Shown here piece by piece: positions 26,915-35,892 of a DNA stretch of 63,937 nt; within the stretch, counting starts at the first letter, position 1, and every line of letters starts with the position of its first letter. This stretch comes from a virus (lineage: Duplodnaviria; Caudoviricetes). The translations under genes and the position numbers were made by a program. The notes under the pieces are model-generated. The model was not told the origin of the DNA. It did not search any database and was given only the letters and a program-made list of their open reading frames with translations. The DNA lies in the IMG/VR virus record IMGVR_UViG_3300009507_000019, positions 1 to 63,937 of that record; one strand, written 5' to 3'.

Positions 26915-27196
26915 TTAGTGATGGTTTGCTAGTGCATCCACCAATTTGCCCTTAGACCAAGATTTGTACACAGGGAGACCTTTTTCAGATCCCATCTTGA
27001 ACAGTTCTGCGTTGGACATCTGTTTTAATGCATCAACGTCAACAACTGGAGACTCTTCTTTCGCTGGTTCAACTCTCTTACTATTAGGGTTATTCCTTCG
27101 CAAAGTTCGTTCAGTATTAATAACGTACATGATACCAAAAGCCACTAAAGCAATAGTAAAAATCGTACCCACTAAGATTTGTTCGCCCATGATCAT
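26915..27196 (-). CDS. Membrane-anchored protein with C-terminal Rho-N/HeH-like domain
   Basis: N-terminal TM; LKQMSNAELFKMG..KGLPVYKSWSKGKLVDAL. Confidence 0.6.
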   Translation of the reverse strand: MIMGEQILVGTIFTIALVAFGIMYVINTERTLRRNNPNSKRVEPAKEESPVVDVDALKQMSNAELFKMGSEKGLPVYKSWSKGKLVDALANHH

Positions 27197-27393
27197 TCCT
27201 CCGTTGGGGTTGGGGTTTCGCCTTCACCTTGAAGTGCCTCAACCTTTTGGATCAATGAGATACACTGATCTCGAAGTTGACCAATAGTTGATAACTCTTC
27301 GCCTCTAAAGCCACCGCGACCGGCGACAGTATCTACAACCGCGACAGTACTGCGTGTCACACGATTGACTAGATCCATTACATCATTATCCAC
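27193..27393 (-). CDS. Conserved T4-like hypothetical protein downstream of gp45
   Basis: VAVVDTVAGRGGFRGEELSTIGQLRD. Confidence 0.7.
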   Translation of the reverse strand: MDNDVMDLVNRVTRSTVAVVDTVAGRGGFRGEELSTIGQLRDQCISLIQKVEALQGEGETPTPTEE

Positions 27394-27405
27394 AAGATTT
27401 TCCTC

Positions 27406-28080
27406 TTAATTAAATTGACTTGATTTTTGTAGCGCTACCCAATATTCCATATTGGAATCTGTATTCACAAAATGTGAAATGAACTTAGAAGACAACGCCA
27501 CACGATAGTCACCATCTTCCAATAGTCTGATATTGTTGATGTTGAAAACAACATTCAGATCATTACATTGAGACTCACCTTCAACCACAATACTGAACGC
27601 ATGTGAGGTGTCATCATCATTGTCTTTCACAGTTAACGTCATCAGACCATTATCTATATGAACATTAACTTCGCTGTGTCCAAGTGCACCTGCCGCACTC
27701 TTTACACGATTTAGAGTCTGTGCATCCAGAGTAAACCACGCATCTTCTGAAGGCAGTACCAAGTCACCCTTTGCGGTAGTCAAAGTATCTGGTGAAGAAT
27801 AGAAGTACTTGATCTTAGAACGACCACTCGAATCTGAAATCGCCACACTTGATTGATCAAAGTTTAAGTTAGGACTGTCTACCAATCCCATTACACTCAA
27901 AAACTCACGCAGGTCATAGATACCAAACGATGTAGGAAAGTCCACATCTAGGGTTGCCTTTGCAAGTACAGTTCTCGACTCCGAGACAGTACGTACTACG
28001 TTACCCTCGTTGAAGTAGATGTTTCCGTTGATACCCGCGAAGTTCCGTAGAACCTGTGAGGCGCGATCAGATAGTTCCAT
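27406..28080 (-). CDS. 45: Sliding clamp (gp45)
   Basis: LRNFAGIN, FGIYDLREFL, YWVAL. Confidence 0.95.
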   Translation of the reverse strand: MELSDRASQVLRNFAGINGNIYFNEGNVVRTVSESRTVLAKATLDVDFPTSFGIYDLREFLSVMGLVDSPNLNFDQSSVAISDSSGRSKIKYFYSSPDTLTTAKGDLVLPSEDAWFTLDAQTLNRVKSAAGALGHSEVNVHIDNGLMTLTVKDNDDDTSHAFSIVVEGESQCNDLNVVFNINNIRLLEDGDYRVALSSKFISHFVNTDSNMEYWVALQKSSQFN

Positions 28081-28108
28081 AACAATATTCCTCGATTAAT
28101 TTAAACAT

Positions 28109-28137
28109 AGTTTAACAAAAGTCTGCGTTGTTGTCAA
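28109..28137 (-). promoter_or_regulatory. Sigma70 promoter TTGACA-17-(TGT)TAAACT for gp45
   Basis: Correct spacing; overlaps the end of the upstream gene. Confidence 0.65.
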
Positions 28138-28735
28138 GCGGTACTTCAATGTCTTTTAAAAATATTTGAATACATTTCCTAAAACGTTTGGTCTGTATCT
28201 CTGTAGACCTATGTGATACGTTTCGTATTGCGACTGCTCTGTTGTAACTGGGGGTTACTCTCTGTACTTCTTGTTTTTCGTTCTTGTACAGAAAGTCCCC
28301 ACCCCACTCTATATCCCAGTGACGATTAAGGTAGATGGTTATCGCTCCGGAACGGATTCGTGCATCATGAGGATCGCCGTGTTTGAAATCACTATGCCAT
28401 TCAATCCTAGACCCACCAGTCCAGACAAAGAATTGCATAGCCTCTCGGGTTTCAGGAATCCAATGAGGATATATCTTTTGTATATCATTCACGATGTTCT
28501 GCCACAACTCTGGATTACTCTCCCATATCTTATGTACTAGACAAAGGTTTTCATAACGTTCTGACATGGGATTCATAAAGTGTTTAGGTTTGTCTTTGGC
28601 CCATGCAAAGTTAGTTGTCCACACATGATCTGTAGAGTTCAGTAAATGATCACAATATCGAGATGCCGCGTCTGCGACTCGCGGAGAAAGAAACGCGTCA
28701 TGGTTCTTTACGTAATAATCGATTTGTTCACTCAT
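28112..28735 (-). CDS. 2OG-Fe(II) oxygenase
   Basis: WHSD, TIYLNRHWDIEWGG, PSYNRAV, SH, RKCIQIF. Confidence 0.88.
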   Translation of the reverse strand: MSEQIDYYVKNHDAFLSPRVADAASRYCDHLLNSTDHVWTTNFAWAKDKPKHFMNPMSERYENLCLVHKIWESNPELWQNIVNDIQKIYPHWIPETREAMQFFVWTGGSRIEWHSDFKHGDPHDARIRSGAITIYLNRHWDIEWGGDFLYKNEKQEVQRVTPSYNRAVAIRNVSHRSTEIQTKRFRKCIQIFLKDIEVPLDNNADFC

Positions 28736-30437
28736 TTAATGAACTGAAGTTGCCCTTCTTGACAAACTCGATTTTATCTTCGAACTTACCGTCAAGCAAC
28801 TCTCCTTTGTGAGAGATTACATATGTATTAGTATCACCGTCCAATGTATCTAGGATACTAGTAAGATTGTCAATACCCTCTACGTCCAGAGAAGAGTCAA
28901 ACGTCTCATCAAGTATCAGTAGGTTGGTCGCCACAGAGTTCTTCATCTTCGCAACCTGTCTCCACGTAAACAATAACGCGAGGTCAATACGTTGTTTCTC
29001 GCCTTCAGAGAATGAGTCGTACGAGAACGCATCACGATGTCGTGACCGTATGGTCTCCTTGAACTGTTCATCTAAATTGAACGACACAAAGAAGTCTAGA
29101 ACCTGTAGGTATTTGTTGACCAACTGATTGATGACAGGGAGATACTCTTTCACAATCTTAGTCTTGATACCAGTGTCTTTCAACAACTCTGTGATAACCA
29201 TACTGTACGCAACCTGTTCAGCGAGATCTCCCTTGATCTCACGTAGTATTTCGCGATCATCATTCTGATTCATTAGAGTCTGACGTTCTTCTGCGATATC
29301 AGTGGTGGTCTCATCCTGTTTCGCTAGGTACTGTTGTATGTTGGTTATTTGTTTTTGTAACGTATCGATCTCTATCTGTTTTCGATCGTACTCAGATACC
29401 AAGTCCTGTAACTTCTTTGTCTCCTCGACTACGCCCACCATTCGTTCGTTGAGTCTGGTGAGTTCTTCGGAGGCTTTGGATCTTGCGTCGACGAATCCGG
29501 AGTGTTTGGTTTCTGCTTCGGATATCTTTTTTTCTTTGAAGGTAGTTTCGATCCCCTGTTCACAGGTGGGACAATTGGAGTTATCTTCATAGAACTTCTT
29601 CTCCTTCTCCAGATCCTTCAGTTTAGAGTTGAAGGTCTTATCGTATTGTTTAATCTGAATGATCAGACTATTACACGAGTCGTGTTCCATCTTGAGTTGA
29701 TCCAAACCACCCGCGGCGATTGGACGCATAGTAGATCGAATGTCACCAATCTGACTGGTCAGTGATTCAATGTCAGATAGTTTCTCTTCACGATTGTCAC
29801 GCTTGTTCTTCTCCAGACTCTCAACATACTTCTTCTGTGTCCGGATCTTGTACTCTAGGTTCTCTAGATCTGATTGGTTCGCACGTACCTTCTCTTTGAT
29901 GACAGAGAACTTCTCCTTGAGGATAATGTTCATCTTAGAGAATACGTTGATATCAAGCAGATCTTCGATCACCTCACGTCGATGGTTCGCAGGTAACTGC
30001 ATGAACGGCACAAACGAACTACTACCCAGTACAATGATCTGGTGAAAAGACTTGTGGTTTAGTTTCAGAATGTTTTGTTCAAGTACCTTCTGATACTCTT
30101 TACTATGAGAGTCTTGATTGATGACCTTGTCGTCTCGCCAGATCTCAAACTTAGTTGGTTTGATACCACGCACAACCTTGTACTCACAACCAAGTGCGTT
30201 GAACTCTACCTCAACATGACAGTTCTTGTTATTGACACTATTGACCAGTTGACCCTTAGATACGGATCGGTGTGCCTTACCAAACAATGCGAAAGATAGT
30301 GCGTCCAACATAGTAGACTTACCCGCACCATTCTGACCCACTACTAGAGTAGAAGCAGATTTGTTGAGATCTATTTGAGTGAACGAATCACCAGTACTAA
30401 GAAAGTTCTTGTACTTTAACGATTTGAATATAATCAT
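28728..30437 (-). CDS. 46: Recombination endonuclease ATPase subunit (gp46, Rad50/SbcC-like)
   Basis: GQNGAGKST, CPTC hook, FSEGEKQR, LILDE. Confidence 0.97.
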   Translation of the reverse strand: MIIFKSLKYKNFLSTGDSFTQIDLNKSASTLVVGQNGAGKSTMLDALSFALFGKAHRSVSKGQLVNSVNNKNCHVEVEFNALGCEYKVVRGIKPTKFEIWRDDKVINQDSHSKEYQKVLEQNILKLNHKSFHQIIVLGSSSFVPFMQLPANHRREVIEDLLDINVFSKMNIILKEKFSVIKEKVRANQSDLENLEYKIRTQKKYVESLEKNKRDNREEKLSDIESLTSQIGDIRSTMRPIAAGGLDQLKMEHDSCNSLIIQIKQYDKTFNSKLKDLEKEKKFYEDNSNCPTCEQGIETTFKEKKISEAETKHSGFVDARSKASEELTRLNERMVGVVEETKKLQDLVSEYDRKQIEIDTLQKQITNIQQYLAKQDETTTDIAEERQTLMNQNDDREILREIKGDLAEQVAYSMVITELLKDTGIKTKIVKEYLPVINQLVNKYLQVLDFFVSFNLDEQFKETIRSRHRDAFSYDSFSEGEKQRIDLALLFTWRQVAKMKNSVATNLLILDETFDSSLDVEGIDNLTSILDTLDGDTNTYVISHKGELLDGKFEDKIEFVKKGNFSSLNE

Positions 30438-31495
30438 ACGAGTTCGAGCGTCTGCGCCTCTACCATGAGTTCACGCACCATCCCCTTGATGGTGTCTTTG
30501 TTTAACGGTGTATCTACCGCATTTATATAAGTATACAACAAATCTTCCGTACTGTCAACTGATATTTGATTGTCACTCACAGAACCACCAGTAAACTCTT
30601 CAAAGTTCTCTGCGATCTTGAGTTCGTGTATCTTACGAGAGTTGATCCTATCTACGAATGCATCGAACAACTTAGGATCAGACTTATTGACCACGATCAA
30701 CTTGACGAACTTATCGTCTAGGTGTCGTATGTCTGTAAGCATAGGATTCTTCTCTTGATCGTTGTAGTAGATCTTCTCGAACAATCTCTCGGTGTTGACT
30801 ACGGGGGTGACCTCACGAGTGTCTGTGTCTAGGATGTGGAAGTGCTTGGGGTCATGTGCATCACTCCAGAAGAACTCCATCTGAGAACCAAGGTAGTGTA
30901 TGTTACCACTCTGTGACTTGGTGTGGAAGTGTCCGGAGAGAACCAAATCAAAACGATTGAATGCAGATGCCCTCATACCATGAGTACAGGGAATACCCGC
31001 AGACATCTCGAACCCTTCTAACTCAAGGTGTGCACCAATCACATCTGCCTTACAACCCTGAATGAACTTCATACACTCATCATTGTTGGTCTCGTTGATC
31101 CAAGGTATCAGACCCATAGGCATACCATCATAGTCAACCACCATTGGTTTCTCGATGATACGTACCTCTTCCATGTAGTGACCTAACAGTTCTTTGAGTG
31201 CACTCAGGTCATTAGTATTCTTGTAGAACACGTCATGGTTGCCGGGAATGATATCCATGTGGATCTTGTACTCACGCAACTTCTCCAAAAAGATCTTCCG
31301 GTTATGTTCCAACGCACGGAAGTTGATGAACTTACGGTTGTCGTAGTAGTCACCAAGGTGTAGTATCTTTGTGATACCGTTCTCACGTAGGTACGGGAAG
31401 AACACATCACGATAGAAACGTTCTTGATAGTCCATCATCACGTCAGATGAGTTACGGATACCACAGTGAGTGTCATTCAGTATTGCAATCTTCAT
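30434..31495 (-). CDS. 47: Recombination endonuclease nuclease subunit (gp47, Mre11/SbcD-like)
   Basis: DTHCG, LGDYYD, PGNHD, SGHFH. Confidence 0.97.
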   Translation of the reverse strand: MKIAILNDTHCGIRNSSDVMMDYQERFYRDVFFPYLRENGITKILHLGDYYDNRKFINFRALEHNRKIFLEKLREYKIHMDIIPGNHDVFYKNTNDLSALKELLGHYMEEVRIIEKPMVVDYDGMPMGLIPWINETNNDECMKFIQGCKADVIGAHLELEGFEMSAGIPCTHGMRASAFNRFDLVLSGHFHTKSQSGNIHYLGSQMEFFWSDAHDPKHFHILDTDTREVTPVVNTERLFEKIYYNDQEKNPMLTDIRHLDDKFVKLIVVNKSDPKLFDAFVDRINSRKIHELKIAENFEEFTGGSVSDNQISVDSTEDLLYTYINAVDTPLNKDTIKGMVRELMVEAQTLELV

Positions 31496-31498
31496 TAA

Positions 31499-31714
31499 TT
31501 AGTTACTCGCGAGTTGTACAACTATTATGAATAGTAACATATTTGTTACAAACAATTCAAGCGCTAATATAGTATGATACCATACCCACCTTGTCTTGTA
31601 CGCATTTTCCATACTAATCTCTTCGGGATCAGGATCACTGTTGGGATTAGCGACTCTTTTCATAGTATCCCATATGCGTCGAGACTCTGCTCGAGCTTGG
31701 TCTAACGATTTCAT
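31499..31714 (-). CDS. Hypothetical protein with C-terminal TM
   Basis: 71-aa coupled ORF. Confidence 0.55.
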   Translation of the reverse strand: MKSLDQARAESRRIWDTMKRVANPNSDPDPEEISMENAYKTRWVWYHTILALELFVTNMLLFIIVVQLASN

Positions 31715-32307
31715 ACATCATCCTCTTCTCCAAGGAAATCTGACAGATCGGAATCGACACGTCTACGTCGACGTTTGCGTATCTCTTTCGCATATACCTT
31801 AATCTTTTGGTCAGTATCCTTTACTTCATCAATACGATCACGTAGACTGTCAACAAACATTTGTGTCTGACGTACCGCCTCTTCATTGTCGCCATCAAGG
31901 ATTAACGAAGATATATCACTCTCCGCAAGAAACTTCATCTTGATGTCTTGTTGTTTTTTCTCTTTCTGAATCCTACGCAGAAACGCATACCATGCAATCT
32001 GTGTGAAGTATGCAAATGCGTTGGGTGCCTTAGTTCGCGTTGCCTTTGTGATGTCGTAGTTGTCTATTGCCTTGAGACAGTTCTCCACTGCGTCCATCAC
32101 CATTTCTTCTCTATAGGTGTAACGCACGAAGTTTGCTCGGTGAGACAATCCCTCCGCGATCTTGAGAAAACATCGAGCAATATAGTCGGTCACGACAGGT
32201 CGGGGTTCGCCTTCAGCAGACTTTTCTGTTGCATCTTTAACGTAGTCGACAACCGCTAATGAGAACTCTGCGTTGTTTACGTAATGCGGTTTGTCTTTCG
32301 GTTTCAT
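31711..32307 (-). CDS. 55: Late-transcription sigma factor (gp55)
   Basis: HYVNNAEF, FLKIAEGLSHRANF, NAFAYFTQIAWYAFLRRIQKEKKQ. Confidence 0.97.
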   Translation of the reverse strand: MKPKDKPHYVNNAEFSLAVVDYVKDATEKSAEGEPRPVVTDYIARCFLKIAEGLSHRANFVRYTYREEMVMDAVENCLKAIDNYDITKATRTKAPNAFAYFTQIAWYAFLRRIQKEKKQQDIKMKFLAESDISSLILDGDNEEAVRQTQMFVDSLRDRIDEVKDTDQKIKVYAKEIRKRRRRRVDSDLSDFLGEEDDV

Positions 32308-32332
32308 AGTCATCTCCAATTTGATTTAATAC

Positions 32333-32361
32333 ACTATAACAAAACTACTACTGTTTGTCAA
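32333..32361 (-). promoter_or_regulatory. Sigma70 promoter TTGACA-17-(TGT)TATAGT for gp55
   Basis: Correct spacing. Confidence 0.7.
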
Positions 32362-32768
32362 TCCCTATCGACAACTCTTCGTCTCAAATCAGAAGTAGAA
32401 AATCTATGATCTCTTTTATTGAAGTATATCTCTATACCTCTGCTTGCACATATGGCACGTCCTGTAAATGTGCCTGACTTGTACTCTGATCCTATGATCC
32501 GGACATCGATCTGTAATGCGGATAGGATATCCTCTAGATCTTGTTCGGTGACGTAAGGTATGATCTCGTTGACGTACTGCACCGCATTTAACTGTGTGTA
32601 ACGTTCTACGACGGTTTGGATAGGTTGGTTTTTCTCCGGTCGATCTAGACTAGGATCTACCTGTAGTCCACATATAAGGTAGTCACATTGAGTCTTTGCC
32701 TCTCTCAACATGGCGATGTGACCTGCATGTAACAGATCGAATGCACTGCATGTAAATCCTATTTTCAT
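32358..32768 (-). CDS. Glycerol-3-phosphate cytidylyltransferase (TagD-like)
   Basis: FDLLHAGH, GLQVDPSLDR, RDHRFSTSDLR. Confidence 0.85.
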   Translation of the reverse strand: MKIGFTCSAFDLLHAGHIAMLREAKTQCDYLICGLQVDPSLDRPEKNQPIQTVVERYTQLNAVQYVNEIIPYVTEQDLEDILSALQIDVRIIGSEYKSGTFTGRAICASRGIEIYFNKRDHRFSTSDLRRRVVDRD

Positions 32769-32778
32769 AAAAAATCAC

Positions 32779-32807
32779 TTGACATATTGTAAAAGAAATG
32801 TTACCCT
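32779..32807 (+). promoter_or_regulatory. Plus-strand sigma70-like promoter TTGACA-17-(TGT)TACCCT, antisense to the uvsW operon
   Basis: Perfect -35, TGn extension, TAnnnT -10. Confidence 0.45.
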
Positions 32808-32841
32808 AAAGCTGTTCAGCGCCCCAGAGTGAATACTTCGA

Positions 32842-33303
32842 TTAGTGAAGTACTTTGTTTGGGTCTGGGAACTGCAAAACATTGTTATAATCTGAGTCCG
32901 TTATATGAGTGCTAACCGCTGTTAATTTCTCAAGTGCACTGGCCAAAGATCTTGCATCTTCTTCATTACGTTGTCTCAATCGCACGTTTCTCTGTTTACC
33001 CGTCTGGTGCATCTCATCAACTGCATCTATATATTCCTTAGAAAACATAGGAGAAGGTTTACTAGTACCGACAATATGATCAGTATTGACAACCATGATA
33101 TCGAGATAATTCTCTTGCATGGTCATCCAAGGACGTAGTCCATAGATCTGATCTTCATCTTCAGTCCAACTAATAGTTAACATCATTGCGTTGCGTACAA
33201 TCAGTTCGTTACTGTCAGCAGACGGCCACTCTATGACCTCACAGACCATCTCCTCACCGGATGCCATTCTTACTTGTAAAAAGTTCTTCTCTGAAAATAT
33301 CAT
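32842..33303 (-). CDS. Conserved T4-like protein downstream of uvsW (Sm-like fold)
   Basis: QVRMASGEEMVCEV...LRPWM; conserved synteny. Confidence 0.7.
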   Translation of the reverse strand: MIFSEKNFLQVRMASGEEMVCEVIEWPSADSNELIVRNAMMLTISWTEDEDQIYGLRPWMTMQENYLDIMVVNTDHIVGTSKPSPMFSKEYIDAVDEMHQTGKQRNVRLRQRNEEDARSLASALEKLTAVSTHITDSDYNNVLQFPDPNKVLH

Positions 33304-34775
33304 ATGGGCACCTGTGTAATCTTAAAAGGGAAACGTTCCCTACTATATATCTTAACTCTTTCAGCGCTGTGCAGAAGAGTAAAGTTCTTCTTAGACTTGA
33401 TATGTAGATCATCTGCAATGTCATACAACCTTGTAGTACTACCATCGTCTGATATTCTTAGTCCTCTTCCGATTGATTGTAAGACTCGAATCTGAGACTT
33501 GGACGGAGAAGCAAATACAATGTTATGAATATTTTTAATGTTAATACCAGTAGAGAACGTACCAAGAGAGGCCAGAATAATACTATTCTTTTGCTTATCG
33601 ACAATATTACGTATCTGTTCTCGGTCTGAGGTTTTGGTTTCTCCTGATACGAAAAAGAATCTCTGTCCATCTTTTAACTTGTCCTCAATTAGAGGCCGTA
33701 AAACCTTGCCGTGTTTGTCCACAAGGTTAAACAAAACAAGAGTGTTACCCTCCAGAGATGCTGAAAGGTTGGCGATAAAGTTATTTCGTTTCTCATATCC
33801 AACGATAAAGTCGATTTCATCTTGATATGTCCTTCCGTCTGTAAGTTGACAGAGTTCGCGTTTATATTTTAGTAGTATAATATCTATATCTAACTTAGCG
33901 AGGTGTTTATCCTCTTGCAACTTCGCGGTGGTTACCGACGTATATGTGGGGCCAAACAAACCTTCCAGTACTAGTTTGTGTACTGTGGTTCCGTCCAGTG
34001 TACCTGTGGTACCGAACCGATACTCTGCCTCGATAGACTTGTTCATAATTGACGACAGGGACTTAGACTTAAACCCATGTACCTCATCCCCCACGATACA
34101 ACCAAACTGTTGAAACCAAGGTGCACCTAGTTTGTAGATTGATTGCCATGTAGAGACAATGATTGGACAGTCTGTCTTCTTATCCTTACCAGAATAGATA
34201 CGGTGTACGTTCTTCTCTACGTCATACCCGTACTCATAGAAGTCCTTGTACATCTGTTCAACCAGAGATGTTGTAGGAACAATCAGTAACAACTTCTTGT
34301 TGTGTTGTGCGAGATACCACCGTGCGAGAATATAAATGATAAAAGACTTGCCAGATCCTGTAGGACTCAGTATAATGGCTCTCTTGTTCTCTATACCATG
34401 TACTATAGCATCATATTGATAATCACGTGGTTTGAATGGTAGATCTAGAGAATCAATGAACTCTTGGAATGCCATGTGAGGAACTTTGTTCTTATCGTAG
34501 GGATAACCATATGGCCCTTCTTCAACCTTGATACCATAACCACGTTCACCTGCAAACTTACGCAACGACTCATATAGACCCGCATTCAGTTCACCATTAG
34601 TACGGTTGAACAAACGAATCTTGCCGTCCCAGATTCTCTTCTTTACCGCAGGCATGAACTTAGCGCCAGGCACTTCAAAACAGAAGTGTTCAGAGATCTC
34701 GGATACTATGTGAGGTGCACACTCGACCATCTGCAACATCGCATAGTTTCTCATTTTAAGTTTGATTACTTCCAT
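33300..34775 (-). CDS. uvsW: RNA-DNA/DNA helicase UvsW
   Basis: PRDYQ, SPTGSGKS, GDEVH, GTTGT, LQSIGRGLR. Confidence 0.97.
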   Translation of the reverse strand: MEVIKLKMRNYAMLQMVECAPHIVSEISEHFCFEVPGAKFMPAVKKRIWDGKIRLFNRTNGELNAGLYESLRKFAGERGYGIKVEEGPYGYPYDKNKVPHMAFQEFIDSLDLPFKPRDYQYDAIVHGIENKRAIILSPTGSGKSFIIYILARWYLAQHNKKLLLIVPTTSLVEQMYKDFYEYGYDVEKNVHRIYSGKDKKTDCPIIVSTWQSIYKLGAPWFQQFGCIVGDEVHGFKSKSLSSIMNKSIEAEYRFGTTGTLDGTTVHKLVLEGLFGPTYTSVTTAKLQEDKHLAKLDIDIILLKYKRELCQLTDGRTYQDEIDFIVGYEKRNNFIANLSASLEGNTLVLFNLVDKHGKVLRPLIEDKLKDGQRFFFVSGETKTSDREQIRNIVDKQKNSIILASLGTFSTGINIKNIHNIVFASPSKSQIRVLQSIGRGLRISDDGSTTRLYDIADDLHIKSKKNFTLLHSAERVKIYSRERFPFKITQVPI

Positions 34776-34782
34776 TATCTAA

Positions 34783-35229
34783 TTAGAACCCTGCTTCAAA
34801 CTGTTTCCATCGTATGATATTACCAATTGTTTGGTGTCTCCACTTCAACGTTTCTAGTATTTCTTTCAAGGTATCTATACACGTAGTTAAGTACTGGATT
34901 TTCTTCTCACTGTTCACAAGGTCTTCGTCAGTCTCGATGAACTGTTCTTTGAACTTGTTAGTGGTTGCACTACGACCTTCGTACGGATCATAATCCCATC
35001 CAAAACGATCGATTTCGTCCTTGGACATCTTACCTTCGTAGTATAGATACTTCCACTTCATGAGTTCTTTCTGTTTGAACTCGGCGTCTTTCAATTTTAG
35101 TTTGTAGGTTGCGTGTAGTTCCAAGTACTTACCGTGGTTCTTGGACGCTTCTACGGAGGAGGCATCTAGTGCCATCATTTCAATCTGAGAGTCTTTCTTC
35201 CACTCAGTTAATATAGCTTCAAGGTTCAT
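34783..35229 (-). CDS. uvsY: Recombination mediator UvsY
   Basis: EWKKDSQI, HGKYL, YYEGK, IGNIIRWKQFEAG. Confidence 0.9.
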   Translation of the reverse strand: MNLEAILTEWKKDSQIEMMALDASSVEASKNHGKYLELHATYKLKLKDAEFKQKELMKWKYLYYEGKMSKDEIDRFGWDYDPYEGRSATTNKFKEQFIETDEDLVNSEKKIQYLTTCIDTLKEILETLKWRHQTIGNIIRWKQFEAGF

Positions 35230-35270
35230 TATTTATCCTATAGGAGTAGTCTTAATACCCACCTAGTATA

Positions 35271-35792
35271 TCATTTAAACACAAAATAGTCAAATCTAAA
35301 TGTCGCCTGAAACGACAAAAACTGCTCCTGTGAAGTTGATGCAAGGTTGATCATACCTACACTTGTGGGGAACCCATTTATATAGGTAAAAGTTCTGTTC
35401 ACATTATTGTGACTAGAGAGGATGGCGACAGTGATATCATTGTATGACGAACCCTGATATCCTTTCTCCGGATTAGATTCTACGGATGCGGACGGAAGTT
35501 TGTGTGGATTAGAGGTTGCGGACATCATCCAGTTGAAGAGTTCTCGATATGAGTTCATGTCCTCATCAAGTAACACTTCCATAGTCAATGTACCAAACTC
35601 AGCGGCGTCTCCCACAAAGGGTACACTGTTAACCCTAGAGAAACCCAACTCAGCGGATGGTAAGTTTACATCGGGGTGAGATATTGTTTGTGCATAGAAC
35701 TGTAGGTTAGGGAAGTCTCTCCTACTGATAACTATTTTGAACCCTGACGGTTGCAAGTAGTTTGTTCCACAATCAAATGTGTTGGTCGCCAT
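35271..35792 (-). CDS. 3: Tail completion / tube terminator (gp3)
   Basis: NYLQPSGFK, LLDEDMNSYRELFNWM, ATFRFDYF; synteny. Confidence 0.88.
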   Translation of the reverse strand: MATNTFDCGTNYLQPSGFKIVISRRDFPNLQFYAQTISHPDVNLPSAELGFSRVNSVPFVGDAAEFGTLTMEVLLDEDMNSYRELFNWMMSATSNPHKLPSASVESNPEKGYQGSSYNDITVAILSSHNNVNRTFTYINGFPTSVGMINLASTSQEQFLSFQATFRFDYFVFK

Positions 35793-35819
35793 GTCTTATA
35801 CCTTTGGTTTGTCTTACTG

Positions 35820-35827
35820 TATTTATA
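35820..35827 (-). promoter_or_regulatory. Late promoter TATAAATA for gp3-uvsY-uvsW
   Basis: Exact match. Confidence 0.8.
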
Positions 35828-35839
35828 CCTGTTTAGGGG

Positions 35840-35868
35840 TTGACTTTGCAGGCTACATAATGTATAAT
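35840..35868 (+). promoter_or_regulatory. Strong sigma70 promoter TTGACT-17-TATAAT driving the inverted cassette
   Basis: -35 35840-35845, -10 35863-35868; SD GAGGT before 35893. Confidence 0.85.
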
Positions 35869-35892
35869 GTATTACATTGAGATGAGGTATAG

